A stretch of 64,000 bases of DNA from an uncultured Poribacteria bacterium (GTDB lineage Bacteria; Poribacteria; WGA-4E; WGA-3G): NCBI GenBank assembly GCA_958296135.2, contig CATQHZ020000001.1:1504001-1568000 (forward strand), in the 5' to 3' direction. Shown one piece after another: positions 8,626 through 17,760 of the stretch. The stretch's first letter is position 1, and each line of letters starts with the position of its first letter. Both the position numbers and the translations under genes were made by a program. The notes beneath the pieces are model-generated. The model saw only the letters and a program-made list of their open reading frames with translations. It did not search any database and was not told the DNA's origin.

Positions 8626-10314
8626 TTAAGTCATCCGCACTGCTTGTTCCGCTACCGCTAAAATCCTATTAAGTACTTCGGAGACTTCGGTGTCAATCGC
8701 ATCCGTGGGAACATATTGGACGAGCCGGTGATAGTTCGTTTTGCGCATAAGATTGTCAACTCCCAGTTTTTTGAAAAATGCTTCAAAAAGGGGGTCGAGA
8801 AAATCATCGCTGGCTTTGGTATCTGGAGACCAGGGTGAGCCGTCACCAATTTCTGAAATCGCTTCTTCCATTATGTTAGCCCAATGCGCGGAAAAGAGAG
8901 ACCCGCCAATCTGTTTTTCTGCTTCGTCTCGTGCCCATGCGATGAGAACCTCTTTGTGGCAAAGGTAATTCTCGATTTCTCGCCGCTGCCACGTATGCCC
9001 CTGCAACTCAGGCGTGTTTTGAAATGCTGTTTCTAGCCGGTCGAAGAGACAGAATCCAACCAAGTCCGGTTTCGCTTCTCGCAATCCATAAAAATGTTTG
9101 CGGGCATCCACGGGTTTGTTGTTTCTTATGTATACCACATAAGGGCTCTCCAAGACATCCTTCGCGGGATGCTCAAGTTTCTCAGCAAACGCTTTTAAGA
9201 TCGCTAAGTCCGTTGCACCCTCAAGATAGAGAACCCAACCTTGCAGGGCCGCCTGATAATAGTTCTCAAAGCCAATCTCCTTAAGCGATTTCAGGAGGTG
9301 GCTGCCCCGGTTATCAATGCGATGCGGCTTACCCAGAAAAGCGATGACGACATCCCGATCGGCGGCCTCGTTTAAGATAACCTCGGAGTGGCTGGCGGCG
9401 ACGATTTGGCTGTTATGTTCCGTTGCCAACTCGGTGAGCGTCTGGTAAATCTGTCGTTGCCGGAGGATTTCCAGATGTGCGTCTGGTTCGTCGAGAAGCA
9501 GCACTGAGCCCGGGTGCACGGCGATATAGGCGAGCAAGAGGAGCGTCTGTTGAAGCCCACGTCCCGATGAAGAAAGGTCTAGCGATATGCCCTCCCGGTC
9601 TTTATAGCTCATTGCAATCTCACCACGTTCCAAAATGTAATCGGGTTTATCTAGTTGAACACCGAACAACTTTTGGATTTGCTCGCGGATTGTTTGCCAT
9701 GTTTCGCCGTTTTGCCGCTCAACTGAAACTTGATAGCACAGATTGCGCAGCACTTCTGCGGTGCGTCCTTCGCCAATCCGGACGTTGATTGCACCCGGAT
9801 CGAGTCGTGTCTCGTTTGATGCGAGCCCAGACATCGGTGGTAGAAAGGCGACATCAAGAGTTGCCGCCTCGTCAGGAACCGGCATTCGTTCGGTATCTGA
9901 GAGTCGAAGGGGACGGCAGTAAAAGGATTCGGGATTGCCGTAATAGAATTCCAAGCCACATTCCCACTTCTTTTCCGCAGTCATACCCTCAACGATGATG
10001 TCGATACAGATGTTTCTACCGCCGGGTCTCTGAGCATCCCGAACGCGCAAATTTTGCCAGAGCAATCTTGCGTTCGGAACAGGGACAGAGATGAGGTCGC
10101 GGCGGTTAATTGTAACACCGGGACGCTTTGCAGGGTTAGCTTGCCCCTTCCGGTTCTCGTTCCACCGTTTGAGCCCGATTTCCCATAATGCAAGGGCCTG
10201 CAGCGCGGTTGTTTTTCCGGAGTTATTCGGGCCGATGAATACGACAGGATTTCCTAATTCGACCTCGATCTCCTCGAAGCATTTGAAGTTGCGGCAGATA
10301 AGTTTCGTAAGCAT
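8626..10314 (-). CDS. ABC-type AAA ATPase with TOPRIM-like C-terminus (OLD/AAA_15-like)
   Basis: Walker A GPNNSGKT, signature LSSSGRG, Walker B LLLDEPDAHL, then YLEGATD...FDR...REIENYL. Confidence 0.75.
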   Translation of the reverse strand: MLTKLICRNFKCFEEIEVELGNPVVFIGPNNSGKTTALQALALWEIGLKRWNENRKGQANPAKRPGVTINRRDLISVPVPNARLLWQNLRVRDAQRPGGRNICIDIIVEGMTAEKKWECGLEFYYGNPESFYCRPLRLSDTERMPVPDEAATLDVAFLPPMSGLASNETRLDPGAINVRIGEGRTAEVLRNLCYQVSVERQNGETWQTIREQIQKLFGVQLDKPDYILERGEIAMSYKDREGISLDLSSSGRGLQQTLLLLAYIAVHPGSVLLLDEPDAHLEILRQRQIYQTLTELATEHNSQIVAASHSEVILNEAADRDVVIAFLGKPHRIDNRGSHLLKSLKEIGFENYYQAALQGWVLYLEGATDLAILKAFAEKLEHPAKDVLESPYVVYIRNNKPVDARKHFYGLREAKPDLVGFCLFDRLETAFQNTPELQGHTWQRREIENYLCHKEVLIAWARDEAEKQIGGSLFSAHWANIMEEAISEIGDGSPWSPDTKASDDFLDPLFEAFFKKLGVDNLMRKTNYHRLVQYVPTDAIDTEVSEVLNRILAVAEQAVRMT

Positions 10315-10404
10315 GTTTCTGCGCCAAATTTGATTAAGATTTACGGAAATTTTAAACGAATTCCATTTTTTTTGTCAAGCGAAACCGTGGGTAGCTCTGT
10401 GCAT

Positions 10405-10454
10405 GGCGAGGGGAGCCCTCGGCGATTCGCGTTCGCCGGGCCCTCGCCCTACGG
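10405..10454. repeat. REP family A composite palindrome
   Basis: ggcgaggggagccctcggcgattcgcgttcgccgggccctcgccCTACgg; close homolog at about 61493-61542. Confidence 0.75.
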
Positions 10455-10488
10455 AGATTCGGCGGGAGATTGGAAGACGGCTCGCATC

Positions 10489-13400
10489 TCATTCCACTTC
10501 AAGGATGCCATACGCCACGGCTTCTGTCGTAATCTCGGCTGTCCTTATTGCTTCATCCAGTTCCTGAATGCGGCGGTTGTAGTCTGCTTGCGCGTTGGCG
10601 ATTTCGCTTTCGCGCATCCGGCGGATGTTCGCCTCCTGCACCCGGTCGCGTTGGCTTTCAAGGAGTGCGATGCGTTTCTGATGACTCGTTGACAAATTCT
10701 TTTTGCGGTGATTTGCCAAGTCTCGCGTGCGCCGCTGGTGTTCTTCACGTGCCTCAGCCCACAGCTGCTGATGCGCCGTTTCTAACGCCTCACGTTCCGG
10801 CGGTGAATCACTCTCTCGGATGTGACTATCCGCCGCTTTCTCCAGAAGCTTGTTCAGATGCGGCGTTAATGCCGCCGAGGAAGAGACCGGTTTCAGCACC
10901 AGATTCCCCTTAATGCCGTGAAACTGCCATTGGTAAATGGCGAAATCATAACGGCCGGCGGGGACATCGCGCGTGCGCGTCTTCAATTTGGCGAAGACGT
11001 TGGGTTCAATTTTTAACCGCGCCGCCGCCTGTTTCACCAACGGGTGCGTCGGCACGATGAAGGTAGCCTCCGGATGCTGTCGTTTGCACTCCGAATCAAA
11101 GGTGATGGACAAATGCGGGACTGCACTCTTCAACCAGTCTTCCCACTCACGATAGACGGGGCTTCTTTCTCTGGAGAGTTCCCGGAAATCTTGCAGCAGT
11201 GTGTTACGCGCCTCTTCGGAAAGCCGAAGCGTTTTCAGCGTTCTTTCGCCGAGGATGAATTCCCTGTCCTGCCCGAAGTGCTGCTGCAGATAGTGCGTGA
11301 CGAGCCGCTGGATGGAGTACGCGGATAACCAGAAATTGGTGGCGTTTTCGACATCTTTCTCCATCTGTTTATCCGGGAGATGAATGCTGAAGAGCTCTAA
11401 CTGCTGCGCTTCGAGGCTTTCATGTTCCTGCATCAGCCGGATTTGGTTATCCGCCAATTGTTGGAGTTTCTCCTTCCGTTCTTCTCTGCTGAGTGCATGG
11501 TTTTCGGCGATATTCTGGATTTCGGTGGTGATTTCGCCGAGGATTTCTTCGGTGCCGCCGAGGGCACTCTCGAACACACCGATGCGGAGGAAGCACCGTT
11601 CGTAGATGTCGGCATCGACAGTGCCGGGGGTAATTAGGTTGATGATGGTAACCCGTTCGCTTGTTTGCCCCTTCCTGTCGATGCGGCCGATGCGTTGTTC
11701 AATTTTCATCGGATTCCACGGCAAATCATAGTTGACGATGCAGTCGCAGAACTGATAATCCAACCCTTCGCATCCGACTTCGGAAAACAGCATGACATCA
11801 ATGCAGTCGTCCGCGGTTTTTGGTTTCTCAAACCGATTTCGCAGCGCGAGGCGTTCTTCGTCCGGCACACCGCCGTGAATCATCCCGACGCGCACGCCGT
11901 CCGATTTGAGGTACTTGTAAAGGTAGGCGAGCGTGTGCCGGAAGCTGCTGAACAGCATGATTTTGTTGTTGCGCAACCGTTGCCGCTCTCGGACAATTTT
12001 GCGGAGAGATGCCAGTTTCAAATCGTCGGAATCGACAGATTGCGCTTGGTTCAGAACCTCTTCGACTTGAGCGCGAATCCGAGGGATGGCTTCCTCATTC
12101 GGCATCGCGTCGACAGCATCAGCTTCCGCCCAGGCGAATTCGTCAAGGTGGCGATGCAAGATATCCTCAAGGAGCGGTTCAAGTCCGTAGAGGCAGCTTG
12201 CAAGTTGGCGGCGCAGCGTCGTCATCATGAAATTGACGTTCCTGTCTCCGTGAAGCGTGCGGAATATCTCCTCTTGCATTTCCAAGAGTGCGTTGTGAAG
12301 TTCCTCCTGGTCTGCCGATAATTCAACCTCTACGGTTCGTGGCTGTCGCAGGGTAAACTCGCCGATGTCGCGCCGACGCGTGCGGTTGATTATCCCTGAG
12401 AAGGTGTGCTGCGCTTCCATCTCTGTGATGAGTTGCACCCGTTCTTCCGGCGTAACGCGCCCGGAGGCAATGTGCCGTTGGATGCGCTGGAATTCCGGGT
12501 TGTCCTTGAGGAACGATTGTCCCCAGGCGGTGGCTACTGCCTTGTCCAATTCTCTAGCGGCTTGCTGCGTCCATCCCCGTGTTTGCGCCCGTGCCACGTC
12601 AACAGCGCGGTTAATAAACGGGTTCGGTTCCGCCATGTCATTGAAACTCTCCTCGTCTAAAACCAGGTCTGGACGTAGCACGTTGAGCAGCACGAACAAA
12701 TCATGGCTGCCGAGTTGGATAGGGGTGGCGGTGAGGAAGACTGCTGCCTCCGCATGCACGCAGAAGAAGCGAACTGCCTCGTGATTCGCAGTGTTCTGGT
12801 TTCGGATGTGATGTGCCTCATCGACAATAACCAAGTCAAAGCGTGGCGGCGGATCCAGATCCAACAGTCCCTTGCGGCTTTTTTGCCTGCGCCTTCCCTC
12901 GGGTCCAAAAAGGAGCGTCTTATCTAACAGCGAATAGGGAATAATTACCTTCTGATGCTGCACGGGCCACTCGCCATCAAGATGTGTCTCGCTGATGCAG
13001 TATCGCAACGTTTTTCCATCTAGCGGCGTGAAACTTTCGTCAAACCGCTTCATCTCCTGCTCCCATTTTTTCTCAGCGACGAGGGGCCGCGGGCAGATAA
13101 TAAGCGCGGATTTAATTTCGCGGCGTGCTTGGAGTTCCCGCAAAATCAGGCCTGCCTCGATGGTTTTGCCCACACCGACACTATCGGCGATGAGTATCCT
13201 CGGCAGTTCTGCCTTGATGAATTTCATCACTGGCCGATACTGATAGGGGATGAAGTCAATGCTTGCCGTGTTAAGCGAATAGAGCGAGGATAACACCGGG
13301 TAGCGGATATGAAGAGCGGTGAGATAGGCGTGAAACGCGTCGCCAGATAACCCTTGAAAGGCTTCAACAGGACGTGTTTCAACCTGTAACTGCGAAGCGT

Positions 13401-13563
13401 AAAAGGTTTGAACGTTTCCGTTCAGGAAGACGTTGAATCGGTTTTCAGGTGTGCCCGGTAACACGGCGACTACCGCGCCGCGGATAGACGGGTTTGATTG
13501 CAGGCACACAATTTGGCCTGGAGAGAACTCCAAAGCCGGAGGCGTGTTTGCATCCATGTTCAT
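10489..13563 (-). CDS. SNF2-family helicase (RapA/DrmD-like architecture)
   Basis: LIADSVGVGKTIEAG, VDEAHH, LTATP, EGLDYQ, YDLPWNPMKIEQRIGRIDR; likely start ATG 13563 after AAGGA. Confidence 0.85.
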   Translation of the reverse strand: MNMDANTPPALEFSPGQIVCLQSNPSIRGAVVAVLPGTPENRFNVFLNGNVQTFYASQLQVETRPVEAFQGLSGDAFHAYLTALHIRYPVLSSLYSLNTASIDFIPYQYRPVMKFIKAELPRILIADSVGVGKTIEAGLILRELQARREIKSALIICPRPLVAEKKWEQEMKRFDESFTPLDGKTLRYCISETHLDGEWPVQHQKVIIPYSLLDKTLLFGPEGRRRQKSRKGLLDLDPPPRFDLVIVDEAHHIRNQNTANHEAVRFFCVHAEAAVFLTATPIQLGSHDLFVLLNVLRPDLVLDEESFNDMAEPNPFINRAVDVARAQTRGWTQQAARELDKAVATAWGQSFLKDNPEFQRIQRHIASGRVTPEERVQLITEMEAQHTFSGIINRTRRRDIGEFTLRQPRTVEVELSADQEELHNALLEMQEEIFRTLHGDRNVNFMMTTLRRQLASCLYGLEPLLEDILHRHLDEFAWAEADAVDAMPNEEAIPRIRAQVEEVLNQAQSVDSDDLKLASLRKIVRERQRLRNNKIMLFSSFRHTLAYLYKYLKSDGVRVGMIHGGVPDEERLALRNRFEKPKTADDCIDVMLFSEVGCEGLDYQFCDCIVNYDLPWNPMKIEQRIGRIDRKGQTSERVTIINLITPGTVDADIYERCFLRIGVFESALGGTEEILGEITTEIQNIAENHALSREERKEKLQQLADNQIRLMQEHESLEAQQLELFSIHLPDKQMEKDVENATNFWLSAYSIQRLVTHYLQQHFGQDREFILGERTLKTLRLSEEARNTLLQDFRELSRERSPVYREWEDWLKSAVPHLSITFDSECKRQHPEATFIVPTHPLVKQAAARLKIEPNVFAKLKTRTRDVPAGRYDFAIYQWQFHGIKGNLVLKPVSSSAALTPHLNKLLEKAADSHIRESDSPPEREALETAHQQLWAEAREEHQRRTRDLANHRKKNLSTSHQKRIALLESQRDRVQEANIRRMRESEIANAQADYNRRIQELDEAIRTAEITTEAVAYGILEVE

Positions 13564-13577
13564 ATTTTCTTCCTTGA

Positions 13578-14735
13578 TTAGCGCATTAGCGTAACAATCA
13601 GCGTTGTGATGGCAGAGGCAGTGGAGACGATGGTGCTTACCAAACCCCAATTCCATTGAAACCGCTTATCTACCTCCAAAATGTCGCCCGGGTAGAGTAA
13701 AATCGCGTCCGTGCCTATGTTGAATGTAAACGGATGCTCAAGACTGGTGCCATCGCGACGATGAATCGTGACATTTTTCCGGTCTGCCGCTTCTTCAAAC
13801 CCACCCGTTAAGGCAATAGCCTGTGCAATCGTCAGTGGGCCGCGGATGCGCTGCGCGCCGGGAATGCGCACGTAGCCGATGACGTAAATCGGCTCTACCT
13901 TGAACGCATTCGGCACGAACAGCACATCCCCATCGGACAGTAGGATAGCCCTTCCTGTCTCGGCATTTGCCGCTCGGTTCGGCGTGGATTTCCAAAACTG
14001 CTCTGTCACGCTGAATTCGGAGAGGGCTCCGTCGCGGCTCACCTTGACGAGTGCCCCGAGGTCTGCCTCTTCCGTAGAGCCGCCGGCCCTTGCCAACGCT
14101 TCGGCGATGCCGATTGTGCCGCGGATAAAAAGTTTGCCCGGCACCTGTACCTGTCCCTGAACCTCCACCACGCTGAGCGGCATGACGAACACTAAATCGC
14201 TGACATTCACTTGGACATCGCGGTAAGGTTGATTTATGGAGATATCATAGGTTTCAACCTTTCCCGCGGTAGGCACGGTTTTCAAGCGCGCCCGCTCACG
14301 AATGAGTTGCACCTGTTGGACATCAGCATTCTCTGCCATTCCGCCTGCAAGGGTTATCGCGCGGTATAGCCCGATGTCTGTTTTTGGTGAGATAACGTAA
14401 CGCCCCGGGGTTTTCACTGCGCCGCCGACGAAAATGCCGTTCTCTTGCGGCACAGGGGATACCATGATGACGGGATTGCTGACGAGGTTCTCCGAGACGA
14501 GAAAGTCACGAATGCGTTGGCTCACCGCGTCCGCTGTCTTGCCGGCGACGTGAAGATCGCCGATGAAGTAGCTCATCATGCCGTCTTCTCGGACTTGCAC
14601 GGTTTGCGTATATTCGGGTTGCCCGATGATGGCAATGAGGAGCGTATCGCCTTCGCGGATGCGATACACATCGCCGAGAACCGAATTGTTCGCTGTCCAA
14701 ATAAGGAAAATTAGGGTGAAGAGAATTTTTTGCAT
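13578..14735 (-). CDS. Polysaccharide export protein with SLBB repeats (Wza-like)
   Basis: Signal peptide, YRIREGDTL, three SLBB-type repeats (V.G.V..PG...A..LAGG), C-terminal helix. Confidence 0.8.
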   Translation of the reverse strand: MQKILFTLIFLIWTANNSVLGDVYRIREGDTLLIAIIGQPEYTQTVQVREDGMMSYFIGDLHVAGKTADAVSQRIRDFLVSENLVSNPVIMVSPVPQENGIFVGGAVKTPGRYVISPKTDIGLYRAITLAGGMAENADVQQVQLIRERARLKTVPTAGKVETYDISINQPYRDVQVNVSDLVFVMPLSVVEVQGQVQVPGKLFIRGTIGIAEALARAGGSTEEADLGALVKVSRDGALSEFSVTEQFWKSTPNRAANAETGRAILLSDGDVLFVPNAFKVEPIYVIGYVRIPGAQRIRGPLTIAQAIALTGGFEEAADRKNVTIHRRDGTSLEHPFTFNIGTDAILLYPGDILEVDKRFQWNWGLVSTIVSTASAITTLIVTLMR

Positions 14736-14829
14736 GCGCGCTTCCCTTGTTACAAAAATCCCAATGCGGATGTCTCTATCCGCCCGTGTCCATCGGAGAA
14801 AGATGCCCTGTTTATTTCCTTAATCTTCA

Positions 14830-15102
14830 TTAGGGCTGCCACGTCTCTAGGGAATCAAAATAGGTTTTGAGGCATTCCCGTGCTTGCGGGAGAGAATCTG
14901 CTGGCACGAGGACATCGCCCCATTCGGATTTTCCTGCGTTACCCTTAAGGGCACCGCCATAGGCAGGTGTGTCGTGTGGCCGTAGGTAGACAGCGATACC
15001 TGCCTCTTCCAAAACGCTTTTAATGATATTTCCCGCGACTTCATTCGGCACGGATTCGATGGCATGCCAGTTATCAGACTCTGGTTTCGCAAAAAAAGAC
15101 AT
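14830..15102 (-). CDS. DUF2007-like small protein
   Basis: IIKSVLEEAGIAVYL...VLVPADSLPQARECL pattern. Confidence 0.65.
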   Translation of the reverse strand: MSFFAKPESDNWHAIESVPNEVAGNIIKSVLEEAGIAVYLRPHDTPAYGGALKGNAGKSEWGDVLVPADSLPQARECLKTYFDSLETWQP

Positions 15103-15240
15103 GGGTTTTTCCTCTGTGTCTAGCGTCGTGTTTCTATGATAGCATACACGCGGGAATTTGTCAAATTCTGATGCGTCTGATGAAATGTAAAAAATGTGAC
15201 ATTCCGAGACATTTTGTGGTATACTTAAAAATCACTCGCG

Positions 15241-15315
15241 AGCGAAGAGGAGATTCTTGATGCCTATTCCCATTTAACCAAAGCGGACATTCAGGCGTGC
15301 CTGAGTTATGCCGCG
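15241..15315 (+). pseudogene. 5'-truncated DUF433 antitoxin remnant
   Basis: Frame at 15241 reads SEEEILDAYSHLTKADIQACLSYAA, typical of a DUF433 C-terminus; no start codon or N-terminus; followed by a REP. Confidence 0.6.
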
Positions 15316-15436
15316 CGTTGCCACCCGACTGCATGTCGCGGTAGGGCGGGTAGAGACATCCGCCCTTACCCTCCCGGCACGTGCACGCTTTCCGAAGAGA
15401 CCGGACGACTGAATGCTTCTGGCTTCTTTAGGGAAA

Positions 15437-16258
15437 CTATTTGTTGAATTCCCAGAGCCGCAACGCTGTTTTCCCCAAAACCCATTCCCTATCTTCAGGC
15501 GTGAAGAAGTCCATTTCGTCGCGCACAACCGCCAGCGTTTGCGCATAACTTGCACGCTTCAAGCAGACGGGCCAATCCGTGCCCCACATTATCCGATTGC
15601 CGCCGAAGGCGTGATATACCCGCTTCACCTGGGCGAACGTATCTGTCCACGGATACCCTGTGTTGGAGAGGGACCAGGTATGGCTAATCTTGACATAGAC
15701 GCGCGGGAATCGCGCGAGGTTCAGGAGCCATTCAAGTTTTTCGGGTGCCGCAGGCGAACAATCCGCCATGTGGTCTACCACGACATCCAGGGCCTCATGC
15801 TGTTCCAAGAGTGGCACCAGGTCAGCGAGTCGTTCGGGCCCCGTCAAGATAAGCATGGGCACGCGGAGTGTTTCGGCGCGTTTGAAGATGGGTGGCATTA
15901 AGGGCCCGGTGAACCAATCGCCGGCGGGGCCGACAGCAGGACTCAGTCGAACGCCATGGAAACCGTGTTCCTCTGTCCAGCGGCTGAGGTGCTCTGGTGC
16001 GCCCGGGTCTTCCGGGTTAATTCGGCATACGCCCATGAGTTTATCGGGATACCTCTTCATCGCGTCTGCGGCGTAACTGTTGTCCCACCGATAGTGGATG
16101 ACTTGGACGAGTACAGTCTTTTCAACGCCGTTGGCTGCCATCAATTCCAGCAACATCTCCGCTGTGGCATCTTCGGTAGGTGGGTTCGTTGTCTCTGGTG
16201 CCCACGGGAACCTCGGGTCATTTTTCCATACGTGAACGTGCGGGTCGATAATTCTCAT
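15437..16258 (-). CDS. Amidohydrolase_2 family protein
   Basis: IDPHVHVW, VVVDHMA, VKISH, MWGTDWP. Confidence 0.85.
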   Translation of the reverse strand: MRIIDPHVHVWKNDPRFPWAPETTNPPTEDATAEMLLELMAANGVEKTVLVQVIHYRWDNSYAADAMKRYPDKLMGVCRINPEDPGAPEHLSRWTEEHGFHGVRLSPAVGPAGDWFTGPLMPPIFKRAETLRVPMLILTGPERLADLVPLLEQHEALDVVVDHMADCSPAAPEKLEWLLNLARFPRVYVKISHTWSLSNTGYPWTDTFAQVKRVYHAFGGNRIMWGTDWPVCLKRASYAQTLAVVRDEMDFFTPEDREWVLGKTALRLWEFNK

Positions 16259-16259
16259 G

Positions 16260-17297
16260 CTATTTCTCCTTTACAGGTTCGTGCTGCGTCTGTCCGAATA
16301 AGAATCCGAACGCGCCTAAAGGCAGGCAATACAACAAAATCATCAGGTGGAGGCTAAACCCGACGACGGTGCCAGTCTCTTTTGAGGTGCCGAAGAGGTG
16401 GAGCAGCCATACAAACGGAAACTCGGTTGTTCCGAAGTTGCCGACGGTTTGGATAGGTAGCAGGTTAAATCCATTTGTAAAGACGAGCGCGAACAGCACC
16501 TCAATCAACGGAATCTCAACGCCCATTTCGGCGACGAGGTAGCACTGAAACCCAAAACGAATTGCGAGGCAGAGGCATGAATATGCCCAAACCTTCAGAA
16601 ACGGATGGATGTGGCTTTTCATGGCCGTGGCCATCCGGACAATCTGCGTTACTTCGCGAATGACAGCCATTCCCTTGTTGACTATCCATGTGAGCGGCGT
16701 TTTATTAAGCCGCAGCAGCGGCATTGCGCATCTCTCGGCGAGAGCCGTGCAAGAATTGGGTGCAGCGCAAGCGAAAACCAGCACTGTCAGCAGCCCGCCT
16801 CCGATAAGCAGCGGCATCAGATAGAGCAATGTCCAACTGATGCTTTGCAAGCGCGCTTGCAGGAGTGAGGCTGTGCCTACCATCAAACCGATTAACAGGA
16901 GTAGATCGATGAGACTTGCGACGAGAAGCGATGCGATGCCTTGCGTTGCATTGACTTTCTGCCGCCGTTGCATCAGATAGACATAGGAGACATCCCCGGT
17001 CCGCATCGGCAGGAAATTCCCCCAGAAGGTGTGCAAGGCGAGAATGGGGAAGAGTTGATGCACCGGGCGGCTCTCCAATCCCAGTAATTCGCGGAAGCGG
17101 AGCGTTTTGCACCACACCAGCAGGCAGTAACAGCCGAATCCGATGAGCAGTGCCTTGATGGACAGTCGGCTCAGCGTTTTCGGTATCTCTCGGATGTCGA
17201 TTTCCTTTAATAGAAAGGAGGTGATGATTATCGCCAGTGCCGTGGGTAAGACGATTTTGGCAATTTGCCGGCATCGCGTTGTGTTTAAAAGCAGCAT
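16260..17297 (-). CDS. Lysylphosphatidylglycerol-synthase TM / flippase-like membrane protein
   Basis: Multiple TM helices, NFLPMRTGD, NLLP...GNFGTTE. Confidence 0.75.
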   Translation of the reverse strand: MLLLNTTRCRQIAKIVLPTALAIIITSFLLKEIDIREIPKTLSRLSIKALLIGFGCYCLLVWCKTLRFRELLGLESRPVHQLFPILALHTFWGNFLPMRTGDVSYVYLMQRRQKVNATQGIASLLVASLIDLLLLIGLMVGTASLLQARLQSISWTLLYLMPLLIGGGLLTVLVFACAAPNSCTALAERCAMPLLRLNKTPLTWIVNKGMAVIREVTQIVRMATAMKSHIHPFLKVWAYSCLCLAIRFGFQCYLVAEMGVEIPLIEVLFALVFTNGFNLLPIQTVGNFGTTEFPFVWLLHLFGTSKETGTVVGFSLHLMILLYCLPLGAFGFLFGQTQHEPVKEK

Positions 17298-17303
17298 TAT
17301 GTG

Positions 17304-17594
17304 CTATTTGCGTTTAAGTGCTTCCTGCGCGCGCCGCAGCGCGAAACGGGCATCAACATCATTTGGGTTTTGTTGAATCGCCGCCTTGAAGTCCTCAATA
17401 GCGGTATCAAGTTGCCCCAACCGATCCTTCGCCATTCCACGATTGTAGTAGGCATCAACGCGAGGGTTGAGTTGGATTGCCTTGTTATAGTTGACAATAG
17501 CGGCATGATATTGCCCAAGCATGTTCTTTGGCTCTCCCTGATTACGGAATGCTTCGGCACCCGCCTGTTTGGTTTGCATAATAGTATCCTCCAC
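17304..17594 (-). CDS. Small TPR-repeat protein
   Basis: AIVNYNKAIQLNP, AYYNRGMAKDRLGQLDTAIEDFKAAIQQNP. Confidence 0.8.
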   Translation of the reverse strand: MEDTIMQTKQAGAEAFRNQGEPKNMLGQYHAAIVNYNKAIQLNPRVDAYYNRGMAKDRLGQLDTAIEDFKAAIQQNPNDVDARFALRRAQEALKRK

Positions 17595-17626
17595 ATTTCT
17601 AAATCTTATTGAAGTTTACCTGATAA

Positions 17627-17655
17627 AGTATACCACGAAAATTTGTTTTTGTCAA
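17627..17655 (-). promoter_or_regulatory. sigma70 promoter for the TPR-flippase-amidohydrolase genes
   Basis: TTGACA-17 bp-TATACT with TG extension. Confidence 0.65.
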
Positions 17656-17670
17656 TTTTTACGAAAAAGT

Positions 17671-17700
17671 TTGACATAAGAATGCGAACTATGGTATGCT
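17671..17700 (+). promoter_or_regulatory. sigma70 promoter (presumed original mutS promoter, now upstream of tnpB)
   Basis: TTGACA-18 bp-TATGCT with TG extension; followed by AAAGGAG at 17754-17760. Confidence 0.55.
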
Positions 17701-17760
17701 ATATTAGGAAGATTTTTATGTCGCTTGCGAAGTTTGGGTTAAATAAATCACTGAAAGGAG

